In this document: positions 44,322 through 53,229 of the stretch, piece by piece | Layout: each line of letters begins with the position of its first letter | How positions within the stretch are numbered: the stretch's first letter is position 1 | Source of the DNA: Dehalococcoidia bacterium | Lineage (GTDB): Bacteria > Chloroflexota > Dehalococcoidia > Bin125 | Length of the DNA: 64,000 bases | NCBI GenBank assembly: GCA_963663235.2 | Contig: CAXXNO010000004.1 | Location: forward strand, 608,001 to 672,000 | Reading direction: 5' to 3' | Position numbers and translations under genes: made by a program | The notes under the pieces: generated by a model | The model's input: only the letters and a program-made list of their open reading frames with translations | What the model was told of the DNA's origin: nothing | Database searches by the model: none

Positions 44322-44773
44322 GCGTGCAACGGAGCTTGATCCTGGTGAAGCCCGACGCGGTGCAGCGCGGGCTGGTCGGAACCCTGCTGGGCCGGCTGGA
44401 GGCCCGTGGCCTGAAACTGATCGGCCTCAAACTCATGCGCGTCGATGAGGCGCTCGCCCGCAAGCACTACGCCGAGCACGTCGAGAAGCCGTTCTTCCCT
44501 GGGCTGCTCGCCTTCATCACCGGTAGCCCGGTCGTCGCCGCTGTCGTGGAGGGGCCCAACGCCGTCGACGCCGTCCGCGCCACGATGGGCGCTACCGACC
44601 CCATCGCCGCGGCGCCCGGGACGATCCGCGGCGACTTCTCCCTGGAGATTGGGCGCAACTTGGTCCACGGGTCCGATTCGCCGGAGGCGGGCGAGCGCGA
44701 GGTGGCGCTCTTCTTCTCCCCGGCGGAGCTGCTTCCGTGGGAGCGTGACACCGACCGCTGGATCATCGAGTAG
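44318..44773 (+). CDS. ndk: Nucleoside diphosphate kinase
   Basis: LVKPDAVQRGL.G, HY.EH..KPFF, GAT.P..A.PGTIRGDF, N.VHGSDS. AAGGAGG RBS. Confidence 0.97.
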   Translation: MSVQRSLILVKPDAVQRGLVGTLLGRLEARGLKLIGLKLMRVDEALARKHYAEHVEKPFFPGLLAFITGSPVVAAVVEGPNAVDAVRATMGATDPIAAAPGTIRGDFSLEIGRNLVHGSDSPEAGEREVALFFSPAELLPWERDTDRWIIE

Positions 44774-44783
44774 CCCGCCCCCC

Positions 44784-44851
44784 CCTACAAGCCCCCCCAC
44801 CTACAACCCCAACGCCTACAAGCCCCCCACCTACAATCCCAGTGCCTACAA
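44784..44851. repeat. C-rich minisatellite: five CCTACAA cores at 15-16 bp spacing
   Basis: CCTACAA at 44784, 44800, 44815, 44830 and 44845. Alternating linkers give a 30-bp super-period. Confidence 0.88.
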
Positions 44852-44865
44852 TCAGTGGGAGCGCG

Positions 44866-45210
44866 CTACTCGATGCGCAGCAACTGTTTGCCGCGCCCCC
44901 ACAGCTGTTCTAGCTCGTAGTAGGCGCGCTCTTCGGGGGTAAACAGGTGCACGATCACGTCGCCGAAGTCCAACAGGAGCCAGCCCGCCGCCGGCGTCCC
45001 TTCCCGGCGCGGCCGCTGCGCTCCGGCCCGCGGCGCCTCTCGCGTGATCGCCTCGGCCAGCGCCTCGAACTGCCGCGGCGAGACGGCGCTGGCAATCACG
45101 AAGTAATCGGTGAATCCGGCGATGCCGCTGATGTCCAGCAGGACGATCGCCTCCGCTTGCAGATCGGCCAGCGTATCCGCAATCTGCCGGGCCAGTTCGG
45201 ATCCCTGCAG
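44866..45210 (-). CDS. rsfS: Ribosome silencing factor RsfS/Iojap
   Basis: AE.IVLLD......[14 protein letters not shown]....GW.LLD.GDVIVH.F....R.YY.LE.LW. Likely CTG start at 45210 after GGAGG. Confidence 0.92.
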   Translation of the reverse strand: MQGSELARQIADTLADLQAEAIVLLDISGIAGFTDYFVIASAVSPRQFEALAEAITREAPRAGAQRPRREGTPAAGWLLLDFGDVIVHLFTPEERAYYELEQLWGRGKQLLRIE

Positions 45211-45310
45211 GCCGCCCCCCTCCCCTGTCTTCTTGCCGGCGCACGGAACGGCCGCGAGTATACCATTGCGACTTCGCGGCCGGCGGCCGCGTGCGCGTCG
45301 GAGCGCACCA

Positions 45311-46447
45311 ATGACTGAACGCGTGGTGGTGGCCATGAGCGGCGGCGTCGATTCTTCCGTCGCGGCCGCCCTGCTCAAGGAGCAGGGCTACGAGGTGATC
45401 GGCATCACCATGCGCCTCTGGACGGAGCCCCGCGCACAGGCGCTCAGCGGCCGCAACCGCTGCTGCGGCGTTGAGGACATCGACGACGCTCGTCGTGTCG
45501 CCCACCGCCTCGATATCCCGCATTACGTGCTCAACTTGGAGAAGCCGTTCCGCCGCGCCGTGGTGGAGCCGTTCGTCCAAGCCTACGCCGCCGGGCGCAC
45601 GCCCAATCCCTGCCTGGAGTGCAACACCTTTATCAAGTTCGACCAATTCTTCGACCGCGCCATGGCCTTGCAAGCCGATTACATCGCCACCGGCCACTAC
45701 GCCCGCCGCGTCATGGGCCCGGATGGAATCGAGCTGCACCGCGCGGCCGACTCAAACAAGGATCAGTCCTACGTGCTGTATACGCTGCCCCCGGCGGTGC
45801 TGGCGCGGACCCTCTTCCCGCTCGGCGACCTGACTAAGAGCGAGGTGCGCGCGCTCGCCCAGCGCCACGGCCTGTCGGTGGCGCAGAAGCCGGACAGCGC
45901 CGACATCTGCTTCGTGCCCGCGGGCGATTACCGTGACTTCGTGCGCCGCTGGATCCCCGACCGGCCCGGCGTCTTCGTGGACGCCACGGGCCGGGTGCTG
46001 GGGAGCCACGCCGGCGCTCAGCATTTCACCATCGGCCAGCGCCGCGGCTTGGGCCTGACCTTGGGCCGCCCGACCTACGTCACCGCCATCGACGCGGATA
46101 GCAACCAGGTCCGCCTCGGCTCAATGGACGATCTGCGCATCGAGGCGCTGGAGGCGCGCGACTGGCGTTGGCTGCTGCCGCCCCCCTCCGGGGTGCTCCC
46201 CGTTCACGTCAAGCTCCGCTACCGCGCCACGCCCATCCCGGCGACGATCCGGCAGCACGCCGGCGACGGCGCGCTGCTCCGTTTGCATGACCCGTCCCCT
46301 GGGAGCGTCGGCGCCGTGGCCCCCGGCCAGGCGGCCGTCTGTTACCAGGGAGATCGGGTAGTGGCCGGCGGAACGATTGAGCGCACCTTCCGCTCCTGGC
46401 GCCGGGCCTCTCTGTCGGCCGCCGTCGTGCCGGCCTCCCGTGCGTGA
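45311..46447 (+). CDS. mnmA: tRNA 2-thiouridylase
   Basis: [64 protein letters not shown]. Confidence 0.96.
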   Translation: MTERVVVAMSGGVDSSVAAALLKEQGYEVIGITMRLWTEPRAQALSGRNRCCGVEDIDDARRVAHRLDIPHYVLNLEKPFRRAVVEPFVQAYAAGRTPNPCLECNTFIKFDQFFDRAMALQADYIATGHYARRVMGPDGIELHRAADSNKDQSYVLYTLPPAVLARTLFPLGDLTKSEVRALAQRHGLSVAQKPDSADICFVPAGDYRDFVRRWIPDRPGVFVDATGRVLGSHAGAQHFTIGQRRGLGLTLGRPTYVTAIDADSNQVRLGSMDDLRIEALEARDWRWLLPPPSGVLPVHVKLRYRATPIPATIRQHAGDGALLRLHDPSPGSVGAVAPGQAAVCYQGDRVVAGGTIERTFRSWRRASLSAAVVPASRA

Positions 46448-46534
46448 TATACTCCCGCCCGCCGCGCGTCCAGGCTGGCGGGAGGCTGTATCGTTCTCTC
46501 TACGCTGTCCACGCTGACCGATATCCGCGACGTC

Positions 46535-46822
46535 GTGCTGATCGTCTTCGCCATCACCGCCGTGCTGATGTTCATCGTCACGATGATCTTCACCGTGCTG
46601 ATCGGCTACGGCCTCTTCGCCCTCATCCGCGGCAGCCGCCGCACCGTGAGTGACAGGCTCGGGCCGCTGCTGGACAGCGCCCAGGCGACCATGCACAGCG
46701 TCCGCGTCACCAGCGAGTACATGTCGGACGCGGCGGTCTCGCCGGTCGTTGGCGCCTACGGCTTGTTCGCCGGGCTGCGACGCGCCGTGGACGTCCTGAT
46801 CCGGCGAGGGAACGGCCGATGA
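46535..46822 (+). CDS. Small membrane protein (true start probably upstream, about 46490)
   Basis: Hydrophobic helix followed by an amphipathic segment. Frame is open upstream (..TDIRDVVLIVF) to a GGAGG at 46481-85 with no ATG. Confidence 0.65.
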   Translation: MLIVFAITAVLMFIVTMIFTVLIGYGLFALIRGSRRTVSDRLGPLLDSAQATMHSVRVTSEYMSDAAVSPVVGAYGLFAGLRRAVDVLIRRGNGR

Positions 46823-47049
46823 GCCTGCGCCGCGGCCTCTTCTTCGGCTTGCTGGTGGGGCTCGTCGCGACGGCCGCGCGCCGCTCCGGCCGGTTCGAGA
46901 CCGTCACGCGCCGCGCCACTCCACTGGCGGGCGCCATCGATGCCGGTCGCCGGGAGGCGGCGGCCGTGCGGACGCGAGAGCGGCGGCGCTTCCAGGAGGC
47001 GCGACGCCGGGGTGCCTTTTCCGAGGAGGACTCGCCCGGCAGCGGCTAG
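46819..47049 (+). CDS. Small membrane-anchored protein
   Basis: ATGA overlap with the previous gene. GLFFGLLVGLV anchor then a charged helix. Confidence 0.6.
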   Translation: MSLRRGLFFGLLVGLVATAARRSGRFETVTRRATPLAGAIDAGRREAAAVRTRERRRFQEARRRGAFSEEDSPGSG

Positions 47050-47068
47050 CGCCGCTTGTGGCGGCGGC

Positions 47069-47158
47069 TGGCGGAGAGGGTGGGATTCGAACCCACGAGG
47101 GGCTTGCGCCCCCACACGCTTTCCAGGCGTGCCTGTTCAGCCACTCCAGCACCTCTCC
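47069..47158 (-). tRNA. tRNA-Ser(GGA)
   Basis: GGAGAGG acceptor stem, anticodon arm CACGC-CTGGAAA-GCGTG, long variable arm, GGTTCGAATCC, encoded GCCA end. Confidence 0.95.
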
Positions 47159-47186
47159 GTGGACGAACTGCCCGGCGCAGATACAG

Positions 47187-47277
47187 TGGCGGAGAGGGTG
47201 GGATTCGAACCCACGAGGGCCTTGTGAGCCCTACCGATTTTCGAGATCGGCACCTTCAACCACTCGGACACCTCTCC
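47187..47277 (-). tRNA. tRNA-Ser(CGA)
   Basis: GGAGAGG acceptor stem, anticodon arm CCGAT-CTCGAAA-ATCGG, long variable arm, encoded GCCA. Extended -10 TGaTATACT at 47298-47290. Confidence 0.95.
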
Positions 47278-47388
47278 GGTGGGGCTGTCAGTATATCAGC
47301 GCTCGCCCCGGCCTTTCGCACGCGGAGGCCGGCGGCGCACGACTGACGCCGTTGGCCCCGCCGCCGCGATGCCGTACGCTCCCCCGCG

Positions 47389-48018
47389 ATGCCTCTCCGC
47401 TTGCTGTTGTCGGCGTTGATCCTGATCGCCGCCGTCGCGCCGCTCTCCCCCACGGACGCGCAGGCGCCCGATGACGAAGCCGGTCCGCCCGCGACGCTGA
47501 TCAGCCCCGTGGCTGGCGGCTGGACCTTGTTGGTCAACCTCGGCGACGCCGGCCCCCCGGCGGCCGTGCTGGGACTGCTGCGCGACTTCGTCACCGCCGC
47601 CTTCGCCCGCGACGACTCTCTCCGACGCTTCCGCACCTACGGGCCCGGCTTCCCCGGCCTCAGCGACCTGGCGGAGATCGCGGCCGGGCAGCCGTTCTGG
47701 GTCCGCGTCCCCGCGGATCGGCTCCAGGACGATCTCTACCTCTGGGAGCAGCCCGCCACGCAGGCCGATCTCGCCGTGCCCCTGCGGCCCGGATTCAACC
47801 TGGTCCCCTGGACCGGAACCGATGGCCTGTCCGTCAGCGCGGCGACGGCGGGCATCGCCGTGCGGCGCGCCTACCTCTGGGATCTGTCGCAGCAGCGCTA
47901 CCGCGTCTGGGGCTCCGACCTGCCGCCCTTCGTCCGCGACGACTTCGAGTTGGAGTACGGCGCGGCGATCTGGCTGGACCTCGCCGGCTCGATGTCCGTG
48001 ACCTGGGAGCAGTCCTAG
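47389..48018 (+). CDS. Secreted hypothetical protein
   Basis: Signal peptide (LLLSALILIAAVAP...AQA). Two similar Trp-rich halves (GW.LL / GFNLVPW; G.PFWV / G.AIWL). Confidence 0.7.
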   Translation: MPLRLLLSALILIAAVAPLSPTDAQAPDDEAGPPATLISPVAGGWTLLVNLGDAGPPAAVLGLLRDFVTAAFARDDSLRRFRTYGPGFPGLSDLAEIAAGQPFWVRVPADRLQDDLYLWEQPATQADLAVPLRPGFNLVPWTGTDGLSVSAATAGIAVRRAYLWDLSQQRYRVWGSDLPPFVRDDFELEYGAAIWLDLAGSMSVTWEQS

Positions 48019-48301
48019 CGCCCGCGCCCGACGCCTGGCCCCGTTCGTCCTGAGCTTGTCGAAGAGTGATCGCGGCTCGGCTCCCCCTCTCCATGGCTTT
48101 GACATGGAGAGGGGGCCGGGGGGTGAGGTCACCGCCACCGTCCGCTGGGAGCAATCCAGCGCCGGCGCCCGACGCGCGGCCCCGTTCGTCCCCAGCTATC
48201 GAACGGCGAGCGGGGCTCGGCTCCCCCTCTCCATGGCTTTGACATGGAGAGGGGGCCGGGGGGTGAGGTTCACCGCCACCGTCCGCTGGGAGCAGTCCTA
48301 G
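48003..48301. repeat. Two ~141-bp tandem units of REP-like palindromes, bounded by 16-bp direct repeats
   Basis: CTGGGAGCAGTCCTAG at 48003 and 48286, variant at 48145. Each unit has the hairpin CCCCCTCTCCATG-GCTTTGA-CATGGAGAGGGGG followed by CCGGGGGTGAGG. Confidence 0.88.
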
Positions 48302-49155
48302 CCGGCCGCTCCGCCCTCCACGAACTCTGTGCCCGCCGGCAACCGGCCCCGCATGCAGGCCACGGCCTCCGCGTTGTTATCGATCAGCAGGAAGGCGCGT
48401 CCCAGCCGTGCCGCCACCGCCCCCACCGTGCCGCTCCCCGCGAAAGGGTCCAGCACCAGGTCGCCCGGGTTGCTCCCGGCGCGAATGATCCGCTCGGCCA
48501 GCGCTTCCGGCTTCTGGGTCGGGTAGCCGCTGCGCTCGGCGCTGCGCGTCCCGACGATCGTGTGCCACCAAGTGTCGGTGGGCAGCTTCCCCACGGCCGC
48601 CTTCTCCGGCCCCACCAGCCCCGGCGCCATGTACGGAATCCGGTCGATGTCGTCCTGGTTGAAGGTGTAGCCGTTCGGATCCTTCACGTAGACCAGGATG
48701 GTGTCGTGCTTGGCAGGCCAGCGCCGCTTGGGGCGGCCTCCGTAGTCGTACGCCCAGATGATCTCGTTGAGGAAGCGGTCGCGACCGAAGATGCCGTCCA
48801 GCAGCACCTTGCAGTAGTGCGCCTCACGATAGTCGAGGTGTAAATACAGCGATCCCGACGGCGAGAGCACCCGATGGATCTCCCGCAGCCGCGGTTCCAG
48901 AAAGGCGAGGTAATCGTCGAACTGGTCCGCGAACGCCTGCGTGCCCAGCGTCGTGCTGCGGTACCGCCGTCCCGTGAAGCCGCTGCGGTCGCCGTTCGGG
49001 TCGGCCGCGACGCGGATCCGCGTGCGACGCTGCGTCTTTCCCGTGTTGAACGGCGGATCCGTGTAGACCAGTTGCACCGACTGATCGCCCAGCGCCTGCA
49101 GCACCGGCAGGTTGTCCCCGAAGACCACCGTGTCCCGCGGGCTCTCGGCCTCCAT
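48298..49155 (-). CDS. Solitary site-specific DNA methyltransferase (beta class, DPPF)
   Basis: GDNL, YTDPPF, EIIW.Y, KHDTIL.Y.K, YPTQKPE.L..RII, VLDPFAGSGT. No nuclease adjacent. Confidence 0.9.
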   Translation of the reverse strand: MEAESPRDTVVFGDNLPVLQALGDQSVQLVYTDPPFNTGKTQRRTRIRVAADPNGDRSGFTGRRYRSTTLGTQAFADQFDDYLAFLEPRLREIHRVLSPSGSLYLHLDYREAHYCKVLLDGIFGRDRFLNEIIWAYDYGGRPKRRWPAKHDTILVYVKDPNGYTFNQDDIDRIPYMAPGLVGPEKAAVGKLPTDTWWHTIVGTRSAERSGYPTQKPEALAERIIRAGSNPGDLVLDPFAGSGTVGAVAARLGRAFLLIDNNAEAVACMRGRLPAGTEFVEGGAAG

Positions 49156-49169
49156 CCGCCCCCGCCCCG

Positions 49170-49337
49170 CTAGCGCCCGCGCATGCCCCGTTTGCCCCCG
49201 CCCAGCAGGCGGAAGGGCAGCCCCACCACCGTCCCGATCAGCGTAACCGCGCTGACCGCGGCCTGCGCCAGCAACTGCACCAGCGCGCTCATCAGCCCCA
49301 TCAGCAGGGTCACGGGCATCATCAGCATCCCGATCAT
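49170..49337 (-). CDS. Small hydrophobic protein (55 aa, below the ORF-track cutoff)
   Basis: MIGMLMMPVTLLMGLMSALVQLLAQAAVSAVTLIGTVVGLPFRLLGGGKRGMRGR. ATGA overlap with the flavin reductase stop, GAGG RBS. Confidence 0.6.
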   Translation of the reverse strand: MIGMLMMPVTLLMGLMSALVQLLAQAAVSAVTLIGTVVGLPFRLLGGGKRGMRGR

Positions 49338-50083
49338 GGCTCCGCCTCTCCCTCTTGCCGTGGTCGTGGCGTCGATGCGGGCGCGACCTCGTGTTCGCCC
49401 CGCCGCTCCTCTTCGTAGCGCGCCTCTTCCGCCTCTTCGCGCTTCCGGCGTCGCTCCTCCTCGGCCTCCTCCAGCTCCTTGCCGAACCCCTCTTCTTCCA
49501 TCTGCTCCGCCGGCCGCTCGTCCACCTCGGCGTCGAACAATTCCGCGAGCAGGGCGTACGTGCGGCCACCCAGGTAATGCAGCGGCTTGTAGTCGTCATC
49601 CTCCAGCGACCAGATCAGCCGCTCGCTGTCGAAGGCGTCGGTGTCGACCTGGCAGCGCAGCACCTTGCCCACGAAGAGCGTGTGGTCGCCCAGCGTGTAG
49701 CGGTCCTGCACGCTGCACTCGATCCAGCCCACGCACCCCTCCAGCAGCGGCGCGTCGATCTCTTTGGCGTTGAAATGCGGCAGTCGCGACACATCCAGCT
49801 TGTCGGCCTGGAGACCGCTGACCATCCCCAGCCATTGCGTGTGGTTGAGCAGGAGGCGGGAGGGAACGTTGATGGCGAACTCCTCCCCGTACTGGATCAT
49901 GTCGTGGCTGTGACGGGTGGGGTGCACCGCAATCGCCACCAGCGGCGGGCGCACGCTCACCGGCATCGCCCACGCGATCGGGAAGACGTTGCTGACCGCC
50001 TGCCAGCTCGACGTCACCAGCAGCACCGGCGCGCCCCCCAGCAGGCGCCGCGCCTCCGTCTCGTCGATTTTCTTGCGCACCAT
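49334..50083 (-). CDS. Flavin reductase-like family protein
   Basis: PVLLVTS, N..PIAW..PVS..PP, EFAINVP, G..SG...DK, APL......IEC, GDHTLFVG.V. Charged C-terminal tail. Confidence 0.88.
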   Translation of the reverse strand: MVRKKIDETEARRLLGGAPVLLVTSSWQAVSNVFPIAWAMPVSVRPPLVAIAVHPTRHSHDMIQYGEEFAINVPSRLLLNHTQWLGMVSGLQADKLDVSRLPHFNAKEIDAPLLEGCVGWIECSVQDRYTLGDHTLFVGKVLRCQVDTDAFDSERLIWSLEDDDYKPLHYLGGRTYALLAELFDAEVDERPAEQMEEEGFGKELEEAEEERRRKREEAEEARYEEERRGEHEVAPASTPRPRQEGEAEP

Positions 50084-50196
50084 CGCTCCGTGAGCGTATC
50101 GAGGAAGGCCCGCGCGCGCATCCGCCCGCGTCGGCTAGAATCGGGCCGCCGGTGGCGATCGAGAGCCGGGCCACCGAGAGCGGGAGCAGGCGCCCT

Positions 50197-51399
50197 GTGG
50201 TCGATTTCCACGACACGCCCGACGAAACCGCGTTCCGCGGCCAGGTGCGTGACTTCCTCCAGGCCGAATACACGCCCCTCCGCGAGGCGCTGGACGCGGA
50301 GCGTCCCGAGGGCTCCGATAAGTTCGCCCTCACCCCCACTACCCGCGTCTGGTTCCGCAAGCTGGCGCAGCGCGGCTGGATCGCCCCCTCCTGGCCCCAG
50401 CAATACGGCGGCGGCGGCATGTCGGTGATGCAGCAATTCGTCTTCAACGAGGAGATGGGCGAGGCTCGCGCCGTCCAGCCCGGCGTCATCACGGTCGGGA
50501 TCGTCGGCCCCACGATCATCGCCCTCGGCACGGAGGAGCAGAAGGCCCAGCACCTCCCGGGCATCCTCAGCGGCGAGGTGATCTGGTGCCAGGGCTACTC
50601 CGAGCCCGGCGCCGGCTCCGACCTGGCCTCCCTTCAGACCCGCGCCGTCCGCGACGGCGACGACTGGCTCATCAGCGGCCAGAAGATCTGGACCAGCGGC
50701 GCCCACGTCGCTTCCTGGATCATCCTCCTCGCCCGCACCGACCCCGACGCCCCCAAGCACAAGGGCCTCACCTACTTCATCGTCGATATGAAGGCCCCCG
50801 GGGTATCGGTGCGGCCCCTGGTGCAGATGACCGGCTCTTCCGAGTTCAACGAGGTCTTCTTCGAGGACGTGCGCGTGCCCGCCGGCAACATCCTGGGCGA
50901 CGTCGACCGCGGCTGGTACGGCGCGGTCCAGACGCTCGACATCGAGCGCAGCAGCATCGGCGCGTTGGTGGGCCAGCGCCAGGCGGTGGAGGACTTGATC
51001 GCCTACGCCAAGGAACACCGCGCCGACGGCTCCTCCCGCCTCGACCCCAACCCCCTCGTCCGCTACGACCTGGCCGACCGCTACATCGAGACGCTGGCGG
51101 GCCGCATGCTCGCCTACCGCATCGTGAGCATGCAGGCCCGCGGCCAGACCCCCAACTACGAGGCCTCCATGGCCAAGCTCTACACCAACGAGGTCAACCA
51201 GCGCATCTACCGCACCGCCATGCAGGTGATCGGCCTCTACGGCCAGATCACGGGGCAGATGCCGGAGCGCGCCCCCAAGCGCGGCCGCTACGCGTACATG
51301 TACCTGCGCTCCGTCGCCAACACCATCGAAGGCGGCACCAGCGAGGTCCAGCGCAACATCATCGCCACCCGCGGCCTCGGCCTCCCCCGCTCCTACTGA
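50197..51399 (+). CDS. Acyl-CoA dehydrogenase (FadE-type)
   Basis: WP..YGG, WCQGYSEP.AGSDLASL.T.A, GQKIWTS.A, FNEVFFEDV.VP, TI.GGTSEVQRNIIA.R.LGLPR. Confidence 0.93.
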   Translation: MVDFHDTPDETAFRGQVRDFLQAEYTPLREALDAERPEGSDKFALTPTTRVWFRKLAQRGWIAPSWPQQYGGGGMSVMQQFVFNEEMGEARAVQPGVITVGIVGPTIIALGTEEQKAQHLPGILSGEVIWCQGYSEPGAGSDLASLQTRAVRDGDDWLISGQKIWTSGAHVASWIILLARTDPDAPKHKGLTYFIVDMKAPGVSVRPLVQMTGSSEFNEVFFEDVRVPAGNILGDVDRGWYGAVQTLDIERSSIGALVGQRQAVEDLIAYAKEHRADGSSRLDPNPLVRYDLADRYIETLAGRMLAYRIVSMQARGQTPNYEASMAKLYTNEVNQRIYRTAMQVIGLYGQITGQMPERAPKRGRYAYMYLRSVANTIEGGTSEVQRNIIATRGLGLPRSY

Positions 51400-51445
51400 C
51401 GTGCTTCAATACTCTTCGGGCTTGCGACGTTAGACGCGGCGTGCT

Positions 51446-51459
51446 AGAACGTACGTTCG
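51446..51459. promoter_or_regulatory. LexA (SOS) box of the GAAC-N4-GTTC type
   Basis: AGAACGTACGTTCG overlaps a candidate promoter (TTGCGA 51422-27, 17 nt, TAGAAC 51445-50) upstream of the R-M genes. Confidence 0.6.
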
Positions 51460-51547
51460 TAGGCGCTTTCCGGAGGAGCATACAGCTATAAAGACCAAGC
51501 TAAGGTCCACTGACAAGCTCAAAGAGGCTGGCAAGACTAAACCCGAC

Positions 51548-52492
51548 TTGGCTCGGTTTCTACCACCAAGCCTCACCGAGCTTCCGAACCCGCAGACCGA
51601 TCTGCCCCGCATTGCCAAGGACCGCGGTCTGACCGCAAGTATCGACGAAGCCGTACGACAAGTTCCGACTGCTCACCAGCTATGGCTACGTGACGCCCGC
51701 GAAATGAACCTTCCTTCAGACAGCGTTCATCTGGTCGTCACGTCACCCCCCTACTGGACCCTCAAGAAGTATCGAGACTGCGATGGCCAGCTCGGGGCCA
51801 TCGCCGACTATGAAGGCTTCCTATCGCAGTTAGACGCGATTTGGAGTCGGTGCTTTGATGCCCTCGTGCCGGGGGGGCGGCTAATCTGCGTCGTCGGAGA
51901 TGTTTGTTTATCGAGGAGAAAGAACGCTGGCAGGCACGTAGTAGTTCCTCTGCATTCATCGATCCAAGAGCGCTGCCGCCACATCGGTTACGACAATTTG
52001 GCTCCGATCGTCTGGCACAAAATCTCAAACGCTGCGTACGAGGTTGAGAACGGTTCCACGTTCCTGGGTAAGCCGTATGAGCCAAACGCAGTGATAAAGA
52101 ACGATATCGAGTTCATCCTGATGGAGCGGAAGCCAGGTTCTTATCGCAGCCCGACCTTGGAAGCCCGGATCTTAAGCTTGATATCTGTAGAAAATCATCA
52201 CAAGTGGTTCAGACAAATCTGGTCTGGCCTGACAGGCGCATCGACTCACCAGCATCCCGCGCCATTTCCTCTTGAGCTGGCGGAGCGGCTGGTTAGGATG
52301 TTTAGTTTCGTCGGTGATACTGTCCTCGACCCGTTCCTCGGCACCGCGACATCGAGTTTGGCTGCCGCCCGGTGGGGACGAAACAGCATTGGCTTCGAAG
52401 TAGACCCGCACTACTTTGAACTCGGCCATCAAAGAATGGCCCGAGAGACGCGGAATCTCTTCGGCAATGCAGCAATTGACGCGCTCCCGTAG
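51548..52492 (+). CDS. Type II DNA methyltransferase (beta class, SPPY, likely m4C)
   Basis: VHLVVTSPPYW, I.W.K, HPAPFP.EL..RLV.MFS..GD.VLDPFLGT.TS. Visibly lower GC than the flanks. Frame open upstream to ATA 51488 behind GGAGGAG. Confidence 0.9.
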   Translation: MARFLPPSLTELPNPQTDLPRIAKDRGLTASIDEAVRQVPTAHQLWLRDAREMNLPSDSVHLVVTSPPYWTLKKYRDCDGQLGAIADYEGFLSQLDAIWSRCFDALVPGGRLICVVGDVCLSRRKNAGRHVVVPLHSSIQERCRHIGYDNLAPIVWHKISNAAYEVENGSTFLGKPYEPNAVIKNDIEFILMERKPGSYRSPTLEARILSLISVENHHKWFRQIWSGLTGASTHQHPAPFPLELAERLVRMFSFVGDTVLDPFLGTATSSLAAARWGRNSIGFEVDPHYFELGHQRMARETRNLFGNAAIDALP

Positions 52493-52500
52493 CGAGTCCC

Positions 52501-53229
52501 ATGCCGGCCGCGACACTTGAGAAGCGGTTGTCCAAGGCAGTAAAGACGTTCTGGACGACTCGCAACCGCCAGATTGACGCGCAAGAAAAAAGACGCGGTA
52601 ACGGGGACCAAGGGTCCAGGGGCGCTGTCACTGGAGGTGCTCAACTCGACGGAGTGGCTGATCTCCTGAGTGAGCTTCTGGTTGAGAGCGGCATCGATCC
52701 CGCGACGATTCATAGGAAAAAGGACGTCGCTCTACCCGGATTCTTCCGCCCTTCAAAGGGGTGGGATCTGGTTGTTGTAATCGATGGCGTTCTTCTCGCG
52801 TCGATTGAGGTCAAGTCACAGGTCGGATCGTTTGGAAACAACTACAACAATCGGACGGAAGAAGCGCTCGGGAGCTCCACTGACCTGCGGACGGCTTATC
52901 GCGAAGGCGCTTTCGCCCCCTCGGCGAGGCCCTGGCTCGGCTACCTCATGTTGCTTGAGGAGGCTCCGAAATCGCTGGCGCCAGTTCGAGTTCAAGAGCC
53001 ACATTTCCCGGTGCGGGAAGAGTTTCGAGGAGCCTCTTACGCGAGGAGGTACGAACTCTTCTGTCGGAAGCTCGTGCGAGAACGCCTCTATGACGCCGCG
53101 TGCTTCATTCTCTCCGATCAAGTCGGAGGATCAAATGGTAAGTACCGCGAGCCCTCTTCCGAACTAGGCTTCCGGAACTTTGTTACCTCTTTAACCGCAC
53201 GGGCAATCACCCACCTAGGCTCGCCGTAA
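52501..53229 (+). CDS. XhoI/PaeR7I family type II restriction endonuclease
   Basis: R..VTGG..LDG, LPGFFRP.K.WD.V, IEVKSQ.GSFGNN.NNR.EEA.G...D...A.REG, P.LGY...LE, Y..RY...C.KL..E.LY. Confidence 0.85.
   Translation: MPAATLEKRLSKAVKTFWTTRNRQIDAQEKRRGNGDQGSRGAVTGGAQLDGVADLLSELLVESGIDPATIHRKKDVALPGFFRPSKGWDLVVVIDGVLLASIEVKSQVGSFGNNYNNRTEEALGSSTDLRTAYREGAFAPSARPWLGYLMLLEEAPKSLAPVRVQEPHFPVREEFRGASYARRYELFCRKLVRERLYDAACFILSDQVGGSNGKYREPSSELGFRNFVTSLTARAITHLGSP

Noticed and set aside
43490-44773. Apparent TsaB-Ndk fusion ORF
   Set aside because: Product of the +1 frameshift in tsaB. ndk has its own AAGGAGG RBS and ATG at 44318.
44784-44851. Possible CRISPR array or PTYNP repeat peptide
   Set aside because: 7-bp cores with 8-9-bp repetitive linkers and no cas genes. 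The peptide frame has no credible start.
47069-47277. tRNA-Sec or tRNA-targeted integration site
   Set aside because: Anticodons are GGA and CGA with 7-bp acceptor stems, so both are Ser. No integrase or displaced 3' tRNA fragment seen.
48003-48301. Possible CRISPR or small ORF 48056..48301
   Set aside because: Units are ~141 bp and near-identical throughout, with no unique spacers. The ORF is just a translation of the repeat.
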